Under the pieces are notes generated by a model. It searched no databases. It had not been told where the DNA came from and worked only from the letters and a program-made list of their open reading frames with translations. A stretch of 35,639 nt of DNA from Octopus bimaculoides (taxonomy: Eukaryota): positions 50,645,293-50,680,931 of the forward strand of contig NC_068993.1 of assembly GCF_001194135.2 (NCBI RefSeq). Direction: 5' to 3'. Position 1 is the first letter of the stretch; each line of letters starts with the position of its first letter. Both the position numbers and the translations under genes were made by a program. Positions 10,720-23,960 of this stretch are shown here, piece after piece.

Positions 10720-11130
10720 TGAGTATACAATCAAAAGTCCAGAAAAAAGAGAACATTTATAGCAAATTAATGCGGAACTTACAGCTTCTGTGCTCTGACT
10801 ATAAATTCTCATTTGTACTTACAAGCACAGCTACGTTAGGTTATGTAGCAACAAATTTGCACAAAAACCTAGAAATATTAGGTTTTTCGAAGAAGGAGCA
10901 AAAAAAAAAAAAAATCGGCGTGTTTCTCCAAATCTCATCTATTAATGGCACAGTGAGGATCTGTAAGATATTTCAAAGATTGTCCACCTGAGATTTTTTA
11001 GGTGAATGGGTGCACATATTTAGGGGCGTGCATCAGTAGCTCAACCAACACACCAACTCAGCCACATATTTACAAACACCGGAGACGCTCTTGAGAAGAA
11101 CTTTAAAAAACTCAAAGAAAAACATACATA
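10720..11130 (+). mobile_element. 5'-truncated R4/Dong-like LINE 3' end (RLE C-terminus plus 3'UTR)
   Basis: Reads ..YSKLMRNLQLLCSDYKFSFV..LGYVATNLHKNLEILGFSKKE..ISSINGTVRICKIFQ, the same family as 316-600. (ACAT)n lies on both sides. Confidence 0.75.
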
Positions 11131-11884
11131 CATACATAATAACGAGGAAGGATACTATTTCTGAAAGACGTCGGATCTGTGTTGCAAAATTCTACCGAAA
11201 TAGAACCAGTAAAACAACATGGAGTTAGTTACCTACCCACGTGTGGTTCAGGAGAATTATAAACCAATAAAGGGGATCACACGTTTTAAAACACGGAGCA
11301 GGTTGACGTGTGGTACTAGGGAGGTGGTTGGAGGTGATGAAAGAATAAGTTGAAGCAGGAGATGTGGAAATAGAGGGAGCAGAATGATATGAGGAGGAGG
11401 AGGAGAAGGATGAGGGGAAGGGAAGAGAAAGAGAGGGAGAGAGATGACGAGGTGACGAGCAATAGAATAAATATGTGAGAAAACATATTTAAACATGTTT
11501 TCAATGCGAGAAAATAGACACATCTTGTCGTGTAAATGTATGAGAAATGAATATAGACAGTCTGTTAACAGTTATTTATTACAAGTGAAAAATGAAATTA
11601 AGAAAATATAAGGAAAAACAAAAACAAATTCACAAACTATATAAAAACAACACCCCAAACCCTCTTATAATGATTCCCTACTTCTGGAAACAAAATACAC
11701 TACGTTTCAAAACAAAATGAACACTCTGGGGAAATATACACCCCATCCCAAAAATATGTGTATGTTTGTTTGTATGTGTGTGTGTAAACATATATACATA
11801 CATACAAGCATACACACACACATATGTCTGTCTATGTGTAAGTACGTACATATATATGCATGTATGCATATGTATATATATATA

Positions 11885-11959
<75 letters not shown>

Positions 11960-12214
11960 CAGACTGACAGAGTAAGGTAGAGAGAGAGAGAGGGAGGGAG
12001 AATGAGAGGGAGAGAGAGATTGAGATAGATATAGATATACATATACATACACTCGTAAATACATACTTACGCGTATGTCTATAATATATATTTAACACAT
12101 ACACATATAACTTACATATATTTATATACACAGGCATGTGTATATGATTGCATGTATGTATATATGCATGTAAGTATTCACACCTATGTGTATGCACAAA
12201 TTTTGTGTATTCAA

Positions 12215-12267
<53 letters not shown>

Positions 12268-12547
12268 GTATGCGATGTATGCTTGGATATATATGTGTAA
12301 GTATTTGCGTATGCATGTGCGTACACACATGCAGAGAGATACACAAGCACAAATTTATACTACCTCCAACCCCTACTTAGAAAAGAACTGAAAATACAAA
12401 CAAACAAACAAACAAACAACACCACCAACAAAACTTCTTTCGACATTTGACAAAATAGAATGTTGAAATGTTGAAATGTTGTTATAATGGCAGTTGATCA
12501 AACATCTCCATAACGACCAATAGAAGAATCTGAAATAAATATTATAA

Positions 12548-12590
<43 letters not shown>

Positions 12591-13019
12591 TTGATATTTA
12601 CATGTTTTACTTTAGAATTATTACTTAATTCAATTAGAGAGAAATATAGAATGTGCTATATAGAAAGAAAAGACNNNNNNNNNNNNNNNNNNNNNNNNNN
12701 NNNNNNNNNNNNNNNNNNNNNNNNNNNNNNNNNNNNNNNNNNNNNNNNNNNNNNNNNNNNNNNNNNNNNNNNNNNNNNNNNNNNNNNNNNNNNNNNNNNN
12801 NNNNNNNNNNNNNNNNNNNNNNNNNNNNNNNNNNNNNNNNNNNNNNNNNNNNNNNNNNNNNNNNNNNNNNNNNNNNNNNNNNNNNNNNNNNNNNNNNNNN
12901 NNNNNNNNNNNNNNNNNNNNNNNNNNNNNNNNNNNNNNNNNNNNAGAAGGAGAGAGGGGAATTATGAAAATGGTGTTTGGTTTAATATATTTTATTTGAT
13001 TTGATTTTTGACATCGAAT

Positions 13020-13058
13020 GAGAGCGGAAAGTATACGACGATGGTAATAATGGTAATT

Positions 13059-13089
<31 letters not shown>

Positions 13090-13360
13090 CGATGACGATG
13101 ATGATGATCACGACGACGGCAATAATGAAGACGATCATGATGGTGATGCTGCTGCTGCTGTTGCTTCTGCTGCTGCTGATGATGACGGCGACGACGACGG
13201 CGACGATGATGATAAACATGATAATGATGATGATGATGGTGGTGATGGTGATGACAACGACGACGACGACGACAACAAGGATGATGATGATGATGATGAT
13301 GATGGTGGTGATGATGACGATGATAGGGATGATGAAGACAACGTCGATTATGATGATGGT
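13020..13360. repeat. Compound GAT/GAC/GCT trinucleotide low-complexity block
   Basis: Direct reading; explains the poly-M, poly-I and poly-S ORFs. Confidence 0.9.
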
Positions 13361-14131
13361 CGTTGCTGGTTGTTTTGGTTCCTTTTTCTCTAGATTTTGT
13401 TTCATTCGTTTTATTATCCTTTATTTCTAAAATTCATTCAAATTAAAAAAAAACAAACATCTCGCTTCCTCTCTCTCTCACTCTCATTTCGCTACCTTCT
13501 CTTCACTCTTCTTCAATTATCTTTCTTCTCTTTTCAATCTCTTCTCCCACCCTCTTACTCTCTTGTATAATTTTCTCTCTCTGTCTTTTCCCCATTTTCC
13601 TCTTTACTCTCCCTCTCGTCCTCTTCCTCGGTCCTTGACACTCTTGCTTCTTTCCGTTGTCTTTCCCCCTCTCTCTACTCACTTTCTTCGTTTTTCTCTT
13701 TATTGTCTGAATTCCACTCTCTCTCCTTCACTGTGAGCTTTTCTACTAGTTGCCTTTCCTCCTCTCTACTCTTTGTCTTTCTCTCTCTTTAACTCCCTTG
13801 TCTCTCTTTTACTCGTCTCTCTCTCTCTCTTTTGTCCCCTTCTCCCTCGTTTACTTACTCCTCTCTCTTTTACTCTCTTTCTCTCTCTTCAATTACATTA
13901 AACTTATAAGTTTTTGTTGTCCACCGTTAAAAGCAATAGCAATTCACACGTTCACACCTATACACATTTACATATATACACGCAGACAATTACATAATCA
14001 CGTGCACACCCATATCCAAAACAATATATACAATCACATATACCTCAAGCGCGCACATACACACAACCACACTTACACACGCACAGCCACACACTCAAAT
14101 ATATACTGTAATAACCACGCACAAAAGTTAC

Positions 14132-14230
14132 CAAGAGATGCCAGCTCTGCATGGCCAAATAGACCATAATTCTCAGGCGATTGAGAAAACCAGGTTGATA
14201 CTTTAATGCTAAGACGGAGACCATCAGTCT
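14132..14230 (-). other. Candidate 99-nt internal exon of an unidentified gene
   Basis: Minus strand 'ttttctcccgtgtatgcag|agactg...ctcttg|gtaact'. Length is a multiple of 3 and two frames are open (RLMVSVLALKYQPGFLNRLRIMVYLAMQSWHLL; TDGLRLSIKVSTWFSQSPENYGLFGHAELASL). No homolog recognised. Confidence 0.25.
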
Positions 14231-15249
14231 CTGCATACACGGGAGAAAATTCATATTCTGACACCGGAAAGTGTCTAATGAACTTCATTTCATCGAAGGA
14301 TTTAACATAATTTCTCTAGTAGATTTTTTGCGGAATTAACATTTAGTCCAGTATGAGGTTTATATATTTTATATTTAAAAAATATAAAGTAGTTTCTTTT
14401 TTCCAAATATCACCCCCACTATCAATCTTTCTGCGAACTATTCTGGGACTCCATGTTTTCCGTATTTTCTCAACTCCTCTCTTTTCTCTCCCTTCTATCG
14501 TAAGACTGTTCTTTCGGTACTAGACTCATGTATCGCAAGCATTAAAAATTCATTTTCAAATAATTCAATTTCAAAAGAATTCTTGTATTGCATGCTTCGT
14601 TGTCGGCTTCCTATAATCTTAGAGCCGTGAAACGTCCACGGATGTTAACTTCTAGAATTGTCTTTATAACATTTTTATTACGGTTTTAATTATTTTTATC
14701 ATTATTATATTAATTTGATAATTATTATGTTAATTAGGATTAACTTGATAATGGTGATTACGATGATGATAAGGATGATGATGATGGTGAGGAATGAAAT
14801 TCATCATCAACATCATCGTCATCATCATTCCATAATCATCATCACTGTTATAATCATGATTCACCTTCATGTCCTCCTCTTTCTCCCTATCATCATCATC
14901 ATCTTCATTATCATCATCACTACCGCCTTCGTTACCACAACTACCATCATTGTTGTCGTCGTCATCATCGTCGTCGTCGTCATCATCGTCGTCGTCATCA
15001 CCATCATCATCATTTTCTTCGTACTTATAATTCATCATCGTTATCTATATCCTTTTCCTCTTCCTTCTTCATAATGCTCACTATCATCGTCAAGTACCAT
15101 CTTCTCCCCCTCCTCATCATTTTTTCTTCTTATTCATCATTGTCGCGTCATTATCAGCCTTGTCCTCTTTCTCCTCCTCTTCGTCATCGTCATCGTCATC
15201 ATAATTATAATAACGAGAGGAAAAAATGGAAACGGTACTAATATAAATT

Positions 15250-15446
15250 AAGGCGGTGATCTGGTAGAATCGTTAGCATGCCGGACAAAATGCTTAGCGG
15301 CATTTCGTCCATCTTTATGTTCTGTGTTTAAATACCGCTGAGGTCGACTTTCCCTTTCATCCGAGTGGGATCGATAAAATAAGTACCAAGTGAGCGCTGG
15401 GGTTGATTTAATCGATTTGAACATCCCCCGAAATTGCCGACCTTGT
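15250..15446 (+). mobile_element. tRNA-derived SINE family C, copy 1 of a tandem trio
   Basis: 'aaggcggtgatctggtagaatcgttagc...gaggtcgactttccctttcatcc..gatcgataaaataagtaccaag', followed by (TAT)n(TAG)n. Confidence 0.9.
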
Positions 15447-15455
15447 ATTATTATC

Positions 15456-15539
<84 letters not shown>

Positions 15540-15560
15540 TGTAGTAGTAGTAGAAATTTT

Positions 15561-15774
15561 AAGGCGGTGAGTTGGCAGAATCGTTAGCATGTCGGAAGTA
15601 AGACTTAGCGGTATTTCGTCCGTCTTTACGTTCCGAGTTCAAATTCCGCCGAAGTCGACATTGTCTTTCATCCTTTCGGGGTCGATAAATTAAGTACCAG
15701 TTACGCACTGGAGTTGGTGTATTCGACTTATCCCCTCCCCCAAAATGGCTGGTCATGTTGCAAAATTTGAAACC
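15561..15774 (+). mobile_element. SINE family C, copy 2
   Basis: Same head and central 'ctttcatcctttcggggtcgataaattaagtaccag' block. Confidence 0.9.
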
Positions 15775-15798
15775 ATTATTATTGCTAATAATGCTATT

Positions 15799-16007
15799 GA
15801 GGCGGTGAAGTAGCAGAATCGTTAGCACCCGAGCTTAGCAGCATTTCGTCAGTCCTTACGCTCTGAGTTCAAATTTTGCCAACGTCGATTTTGCATTTCA
15901 TCATTTCGGGGTCGATAAATCAAGTACCAGTGGAACATTGAGGTCGATGTAATCAACTGTCCCCTCCTCCCCCCTAAATTCCAGGCCTTGTACTTATAGA
16001 AGAAAGA
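15799..16007 (+). mobile_element. SINE family C, copy 3
   Basis: Same head and central block, with a TAT-type tail. Confidence 0.88.
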
Positions 16008-16299
16008 ATTATTATCATTATTACTATTATTATTATTATTGTTTTTGTTCGTTTGTTAATATTTTTAGGGAAGTTTAAAAGACTCGAAAAATAATAAACT
16101 AAAATAAAATAAAATAACAAAATAAAGGAAATTTTGTCAGAGAATTCCTTAGATTAATTATTTGAACTCCGAAGAAAGTTACCATTTATGGGAATTTGGA
16201 ATAAGTCGCGTTAATAAACCACAAAAATATTACAATTAATAAAATAAATAAACTATAATAAATTATCTCAGCAAATAAAAATATCAAAGATAAAAAGAA

Positions 16300-16707
16300 G
16301 AGGTTGAAAGCGAGGAAGGTGGTGATGGTGGTGGTGGTGGTGGGAGAGAAACAAATAAAAGAAATTAACATAGTTATTACATATATAACAAACAATAATA
16401 TAATGAGGAATATGACAACAACAATAACAACAACAACAACAATGGTAATAACCAAATAAAACCGATGACAGCCTGATAGCAATCGTAACAATTATCATCA
16501 TGAACGCCATTATGATCTTCATCATCGTAACCACCACCGCCACCATCACCACCACGACGGTCACCACGACTACGACGACCATGACGACGACGACTACGAC
16601 GACGACCACCGTCACCACTACGGCCAACACCATCATCGCTACCACCACAAACGAATACCCGTCATCGCTTTCACTTTTACTTCTATCAACAGCACCTCTG
16701 CTGCTGT

Positions 16708-16758
<51 letters not shown>

Positions 16759-16841
16759 AACTACCACCACTACCACCACCACCACCACCACTACTACTAC
16801 TAATACAGCTGCTACTACTACTACAGCTGCTGCTGCTGCTG

Positions 16842-16893
<52 letters not shown>

Positions 16894-17120
16894 CTTTACC
16901 AACACCGACACACCGCTGCCGCCGTCGCCGCCACAACAAATACTCTAAAAAGCAACAGCAACTGCACCAACGACCAATGGCAATCATAACAATTTCAGTT
17001 GTTACCATCGTCATAATCATTGTCATAATCCTTACCCAGATATCACGACCATACCCCGTCGCTGCCATCGCCGCCAACCGCCGCCATCGCGCCGTCGCCG
17101 CCCACAATAATAATTTTTAC
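16300..17120. repeat. Long compound trinucleotide block (ACC/ACG/ACT/GCT/GCC)
   Basis: Direct reading; source of ORFs 16268-17162. Confidence 0.9.
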
Positions 17121-17865
17121 AAAAACAACTACAACAGCAAATACGCCATTTTAAACAATTAAAAATGAAATTTAATTTACTCTCTCTTACTCTCTCTCTC
17201 TCTCTTATTTGTACCTCTTTTTCTCTCTAACTCATTCATCGTTTACTCACGTTCTATTCCTCACTCTTTCTCCTTCTTTTCCTTTCTTTCTCTTTCGGTG
17301 AGATGGATGAATGTCGAATATTTTATTCTCCCTCTTCCCACCACCACCNNNNNNNNNNNNNNNNNNNNNNNNNNNNNNNNNNNNNNNNNNNNNNNNNNNN
17401 NNNNNNNNNNNNNNNNNNNNNNNNNNNNNNNNNNNNNNNNNNNNNNNNNNNNNNNNNNNNNNNNNNNNNNNNNNNNNNNNNNNNNNNNNNNNNNNNNNNN
17501 NNNNNNNNNNNNNNNNNNNNNNNNNNNNNNNNNNNNNNNNNNNNNNNNNNNNNNNNNNNNNNNNNNNNNNNNNNNNNNNNNNNNNNNNNNNNNNNNNNNN
17601 NNNNNNNNNNNNNNNNNNNNNNNNNNNNNNNNNNNNNNNNNNNNNNNNNNNNNNNNNNNNNNNNNNNNNNNNNNNNNNNNNNNNNNNNNNNNNNNNNNNN
17701 NNNNNNNNNNNNNNNNNNNNNNNNNNNNNNNNNNNNNNNNNNNNNNNNNNNNNNNNNNNNNNNNNNNNNNNNNNNNNNNNNNNNNNNNNNNNNNNNNNNN
17801 NNNAAAAAAATCAAACAAAAAGCAAAACACAAAAATTCTCATGAGAACACAGTCAGGTGCAAGAC

Positions 17866-17866
<1 letters not shown>

Positions 17867-17905
<39 letters not shown>

Positions 17906-17983
17906 TATAACAAGGGTAACAATAATAATGACAATAATAATTATAATAGCAATAGTAATAATGATGATAATAGTAGTAGTTTC

Positions 17984-18015
<32 letters not shown>

Positions 18016-18141
18016 TGATGATGATGATAATGATAATGAAGTCGAAGATGATGATGATGATTATGATGATTATGATGATTATGATGATGATGATGATGAT
18101 GATGGTGATGATTTCTTTAATAATAATAATAATAATGATGG

Positions 18142-18172
<31 letters not shown>

Positions 18173-18190
18173 GATGGTGATGGTGATGAT
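17867..18190. repeat. (AAT)n/(GAT)n compound block
   Basis: Direct reading. Confidence 0.92.
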
Positions 18191-18445
18191 GCGAAGAATA
18201 TTAAATAGAAACCAAAGAAGGTGGAGACAGGTTAGAAGAAAGACAAGCGAGGAATGGAATGGGGGAAAAAAAAAAATATTGAGCAAACTTATGAACGATT
18301 AAATCGAAAGTCCAGTCCCTTAAGGAACAATTTGGATTGTTGAACTGTTGTAAATAAACAACTAACAAAATAAATATAAATTCTAAAAAAAATAAAATAA
18401 AAGATATAATAACAATAATAATAGTAAATAATAATAATAATAATG

Positions 18446-18486
<41 letters not shown>

Positions 18487-18654
18487 TTTACATCTTGTCT
18501 GAAACTGAATTCATCTCTTTGCGGAAGAAATTTCTCGAATATTATTACTGTAGTTTGTTGCTTAGACCTAGTTTAGAGCTACACTGAAAAGCGTTCCGAA
18601 CGTGACCGTCGTGACTAGTTTTCTGACATGGCGCGTATATAAATACATCATCTC

Positions 18655-18760
18655 CATTTGTATAAGACGATAAGGTGTGATTTTGCTGGGGATGGGTGAA
18701 CGTGGAGATTTGGTTTCTGTCTCTAGCAGGTCATGCTACCACGTGATAGTTCCTTCTAGA
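18655..18760 (-). mobile_element. Fragment of repeat family E
   Basis: 'gtgtgatttt...tttggtttctgtctctagcagg...accacgtg' is similar to the minus strand of 8770-8840. Confidence 0.45.
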
Positions 18761-18830
18761 TGTGAGCTACGTTCGGATTAATTAATTGCTTGCTACTTAC
18801 CACACAGTCACGCCTGCGCCTATTGTATAC

Positions 18831-18867
<37 letters not shown>

Positions 18868-19535
18868 NNNNNNNNNNNNNNNNNNNNNNNNNNNNNNNNN
18901 NNNNNNNNNNNNNNNNNNNNNNNNNNNNNNNNNNNNNNNNNNNNNNNNNNNNNNNNNNNNNNNNNNNNNNNNNNNNNNNNNNNNNNNNNNNNNNNNNNNN
19001 NNNNNNNNNNNNNNNNNNNNNNNNNNNNNNNNNNNNNNNNNNNNNNNNNNNNNNNNNNNNNNNNNNNNNNNNNNNNNNNNNNNNNNGGCAGACTGCCCGT
19101 TTGTTCGTTCGTCCATCCGTCCGTCTGTCTGCTTGGTCAGCCGATCGCCCTACCATTCGCCTGACCTCTCACCCGACTCACTTCCCTCCATACCACCTAT
19201 CGTCTCTTCTCGCTGATCGTCCGGCCGCCCAATCGCCGGCTATCCAAGATACCCCCCAACTCACACACATATATATATGTAGTCATATATATATTCATGC
19301 ACGCGCATGCATATACACATACACATCACACACACACAAAATACACAACCACGTACACATATACCTCCTTTGCGTATATGCACTTAAATGCATATACATA
19401 TAGACATATACACAAACACACACGCACATATATATGTATAGACATCTATGCATACAACTATATATATATATATATATATATATACATACATACATATATA
19501 TATATATAAATATATGTATATACATATATACATAA

Positions 19536-19582
<47 letters not shown>

Positions 19583-19974
19583 AACATATATATATATACA
19601 TATATATACACGCACATTCATACGTACGTGCACACTCATATATAGATATATAGGCATACGCATATTATTCGGAAAATGGGGTTAATTTTGTATCTCCTTT
19701 CACTTCTTTCCTCTCTTTTTTTCCTTTGCCTTCTTTTGTCTATCTCCCATCTTCTTTTCTTTCATCCTCAGCGTCTTTTTACTTTTTTCCGAACATTCTC
19801 TGCCCAAGATTGACATCTTTTCCCATCGCTAAACAAGATCCAGATGGAGAGACTTAACTAAAGTTTCTTGTTAAATTATTCATGGTGTCAAAAGAAATTG
19901 GAGAGTCAGTCGGCATAACGACTGGGCAACGAGAGAAAGCGAAAGAAAAGGGAAGAGAGAGAGAGAGAGAGAGG

Positions 19975-20016
<42 letters not shown>

Positions 20017-20605
20017 GAGAGAATGTTGGGGTTGGAGTTACTAGTGGTATTGGCGGTAACAGTGGTGGAAAAATGGCGGCTGGTGTTGGAGATGATGGCG
20101 AATATTCGGCTGAGCACGTAAGACTTAATATAGGTAACGTTGGCAACAGTGAGGTGAAGATGGCGGCGGTGATAGCGGTGACGTGACTGTTTGACGGACG
20201 ACCGACCTGGCAGACTGATTACATTTCAATCAACTCATGACATCAACTTCATCCTTTCGCCTCCTCTTCCTCTTCCCCCTTTATCTCTCACACTCCAAAC
20301 CACTTTCCGCCATTTCTCCCCCACCCTATTCTTACAGTCACCCTCATCCCGACCCCTTAACTCCCTCTTTCTCTTTTTCATTATCGCTCTCACTCATCGC
20401 CCCTACTTTGTCTTATCTCTACCCAGCTTCAAGTATTTCTACCCTCGTACTCGCATTTCTTTCCTCCGACCCAAACAATCCTCAGTCTTGCTACTTTTCC
20501 TACATGTAAACCCCCTCCACCCCGCTCCGTCATTCTTTCCTTACTATCTGCTGATTCCTTCATCTATCTCATTCTTTTCTTTACTTCTCCCAAATGCTTC
20601 TATAT

Positions 20606-20698
20606 TTCTTCTTCTTCTTCTTCTTCTTCTTCTTCTTCTTCTTCTTCTTCTTCTTCTTCTTCTTCTTCTTCTTCTTCTTCTTCTTCTTCTTCTTCTTC
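20606..20698. repeat. (TTC)n microsatellite
   Basis: Direct reading. Confidence 0.97.
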
Positions 20699-20740
20699 AA
20701 GAANNNNNNNNNNTTACACATATCCACACACACACACATA

Positions 20741-20903
20741 GGCGCAGTCATGGTTACGTGGTAAGAAGCTTGCTTCCCAACCACATGGTTCCGGGTTCAG
20801 TTACACTGCATGTTACCATGGGCAAGTATCTTCTACTATAGCCTCAGATCGACCAAAGCCTTGTGAGTGGATTTGGTAGATAGAAACTGAAAGAAGTCTG
20901 TCG
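20741..20903 (+). mobile_element. SINE family B, 5' half
   Basis: Homologous to 2831-3000 (head, 'atgggcaagtatcttctactatagcctc', 'ggatttggtagatagaaactgaaagaag'). Confidence 0.9.
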
Positions 20904-21230
20904 TATATATAGATTCATGTATTATAAACGCACACACACTGAGTGATGCAGATGTGGTAAAACAAGCAAGTATGTATTTTACCTAATGCACGCATCATCG
21001 AATGAAGAGCTGAGTATGACCGTAACGTGGACAGATATACTTATCATATCAAAAGTAATTTCAGAGACTAGGCGAGGAAAACTCACACTATTATACGAAT
21101 AAGCTCAGAGTATCCTCTTTCGGTAAATGAAGAATGCACAGAGAATCTTAAACACTGGCTATTTTTGTCATGCAAAGCTTGAGATATCTATGTGAGATAT
21201 ATATGTGTGCGTGCATATATATATATATAT

Positions 21231-21513
21231 ATGGCCCAGTGGTTAGGGCAGCGGACTCGCGGTCATAGGATCGCAGTTTCGATTCCCAGACCGGGCGTTG
21301 CGAGCAAAAACACCTGAAGCTCCAAAGAGCTCCGGCCGGGGATGGTGGTGAACCCTGCTGTACTCTTTCAGCACAACTTTCTCTCACTCTTACTTCCTGT
21401 TTATGTTGTACGTGTAATTCAAAGGGCCAGTCTTTTCCCACTCTGTGTCACGCTGAATCTCCCCGAGAACTACGTTAAGGGTTACACGTGTCTGTGGAGT
21501 GCTCAGCCGCTTG
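21231..21513 (+). mobile_element. tRNA-derived SINE family D, runs into a gap
   Basis: A/B-box head 'tggcccagtggttagggcagcggactc...gtttcgattcccagaccgg'; 3' part matches 10345-10530 and 33230-33360. Confidence 0.85.
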
Positions 21514-22033
21514 NNNNNNNNNNNNNNNNNNNNNNNNNNNNNNNNNNNNNNNNNNNNNNNNNNNNNNNNNNNNNNNNNNNNNNNNNNNNNNNNNNNNNNN
21601 NNNNNNNNNNNNNNNNNNNNNNNNNNNNNNNNNNNNNNNNNNNNNNNNNNNNNNNNNNNNNNNNNNNNNNNNNNNNNNNNNNNNNNNNNNNNNNNNNNNN
21701 NNNNNNNNNNNNNNNNNNNNNNNNNNNNNNNNNNNNNNNNNNNNNNNNNNNNNNNNNNNNNNNNNNNNNNNNNNNNNNNNNNNNNNNNNNNNNNNNNNNN
21801 NNNNNNNNNNNNNNNNNNNNNNNNNNNNNNNNNNNNNNNNNNNNNNNNNNNNNNNNNNNNNNNNNNNNNNNNNNNNNNNNNNNNNNNNNNGTGAGTGTGT
21901 GTGTATGTGTGTGTGTATATATATGTATATATATGTATGCATGTATATATACATATATATATTTATATGAATATATATGATGTATGTATACATGTATATA
22001 TACATATATATATGTATATACATGTATATATAC

Positions 22034-22064
<31 letters not shown>

Positions 22065-22623
22065 TGTATGTATGATGCAGACAGTCGGTCCATTCAGTGT
22101 TAATAACTGCGAACATCTGTAGGCTGAACATTGTGACACTCGACATGGGGAATTTGCTAATGAAGCTTCCGCCTTCAGCTTTGGCAGAAACGCTGAATGG
22201 AACAGCTAAGTGCAGGGATAATGATCTTAGTATGTGGCAACGCATACACAAATGCATACAGACCTACATACATACATACATACACACATATATATACATA
22301 TGTTTGTATGTATGGTTTATGCATGCAGATGTTTAAGCGTGTATAGGAATCATTCTCTGGAAAACTGTGTACAACGCATAAATAAAAGTAAATAAATATA
22401 TGATAAATAAGTAAATAAATAAATAAAAATTCGATTCAAAGGACGGAGATAAAAATGAATAAATTTTATCTTAATATGTATATAGGCTGAATGTGCTTTT
22501 ATTCAGTGTTATGACGTATATTGCTTTTAAATCTAGTTTATCTCGGAGAGACGGTGAAGTCTTGCTTTAAGAAACATTCCCGTTGTATTCTAAATATAAG
22601 CATATATTTATTTCTTTATTGCC

Positions 22624-22842
22624 AACAGGGGGATAAACACAGAGGGGACAAACAAAAACTGACAAAGGGATTAAGTCGATTACATCGACCTCAGTGTGTA
22701 ACTGGTACTTATTTAATCGACCCCGAAAGAATGAAAGGCAAAAATCGACCTCGGTGAAATTTGAACTCAGACCGTAAAGACAGACGAAATACCGCTACGC
22801 ATCTCGCCCGGCGTGCTAACGTTTCTGCCAGCTCGCCGCCTT
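22624..22842 (-). mobile_element. SINE family C, near full length
   Basis: Reverse complement of 34033-34260. Confidence 0.92.
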
Positions 22843-23137
22843 AATTATAAGTATATATTATTACGTACAGATATATATATATATATATACATACATGTAA
22901 ACATACACACACACTCTCTCTCTCACACACACACTCACACATACGCATGCACACATACATACACACGCATAATCTTTATTACAATATTGGCTCTCGAGGT
23001 ACAATCACATAAAATTATAAATAGTAGCATTTAAAAATGGGGTTGATAAACCCCTTTTGAATGGAAAAAGTCGAAGGCAGCTCGTATTAACATATTTACT
23101 TGTTACACCTCTCTATCTTTTTCTGTTTGTTTTTAAC

Positions 23138-23210
<73 letters not shown>

Positions 23211-23499
23211 GATCGATCAATCTATATATTTNNNNNNNNNNNNNNNNNNNNNNNNNNNNNNNNNNNNNNNNNNNNNNNNNNNNNNNNNNNNNNNNNNNNN
23301 NNNNNNNNNNNNNNNNNNNNNNNNNNNNNNNNNNNNNNNNNNNNNNNNNNNNNNNNNNNNNNNNNNNNNNNNNNNNNNNNNNNNNNNNNNNNNNNNNNNN
23401 NNNNNNNNNNNNNNNNNNNNNNNNNNNNNNNNNNNNNNNNNNNNNNNNNNNNNNNNNNNNNNNNNNNNNNNNNNNNNNNNCCTACACTTCAGAACCATC

Positions 23500-23670
23500 A
23501 TGACATCTGATGTAGTTTTTTAAAATCAGACAATGTTCTGAAAAGACACCCACATAGATTGCATATCCGATTTGCACCACCAAGAGCTGCAGATAAGTTC
23601 TGACCTTTGTGGATCTTAAAATGGATTTTGAGGCCTCCGTTAGATTTTGCAATGAAATACCTATTTAAAA
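23500..23670 (-). pseudogene. Degenerate C2H2 zinc-finger-like pair (LINE C-terminus or ZNF remnant)
   Basis: ORF 23498..23776 contains LCNILNRYFIAKSNGGLKIHFKIH and ICNLCGCLFRTLSDFKKLH. Both resemble CxxC..F..L..H fingers with damaged ligands. Confidence 0.4.
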
Positions 23671-23884
23671 TATTGCATAGGATGGTCACATCTGGAATGC
23701 TTTTGTGACCCTGGTGACAAGTTGGATTGTCCCTGATCTTTTCCTCGGAGAGGAGGTAGGATTGTGGTTTGAACACTGAATAGTCTTCTGTTCAATTTAC
23801 TGACACTATCAGTTTCTGTCTTCCTCTTTTCACTCATAATGTTTGGCTCGACCTGAGGGTATAGAAAAAGGACAATCACCCGAT

Positions 23885-23960
23885 ATACCTCGCAGTAGGA
23901 TCAAACCCAGAACCTTGTGGCTGCAAAGTGAACTTCTTAACCGTTTGGCCATACTGCGTC
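23885..23960 (-). mobile_element. tRNA-like SINE head fragment
   Basis: Reverse complement 'tggccaaacggttaagaagttcactttgcagccacaaggttctgggtttgatcc'. Confidence 0.6.

Noticed and set aside
15250-16007. Regularly spaced repeats that could be mistaken for a CRISPR-like array
   Set aside because: The units are ~200-bp SINE copies with microsatellite spacers in a eukaryotic context, and there are no cas genes.
12992-18302. Long ORFs of poly-M, I, S, T, V, L or D residues (also 14715-15074, 30890-32496)
   Set aside because: They are translations of trinucleotide repeats that lack stops in several frames on both strands. No domain content or splice support.
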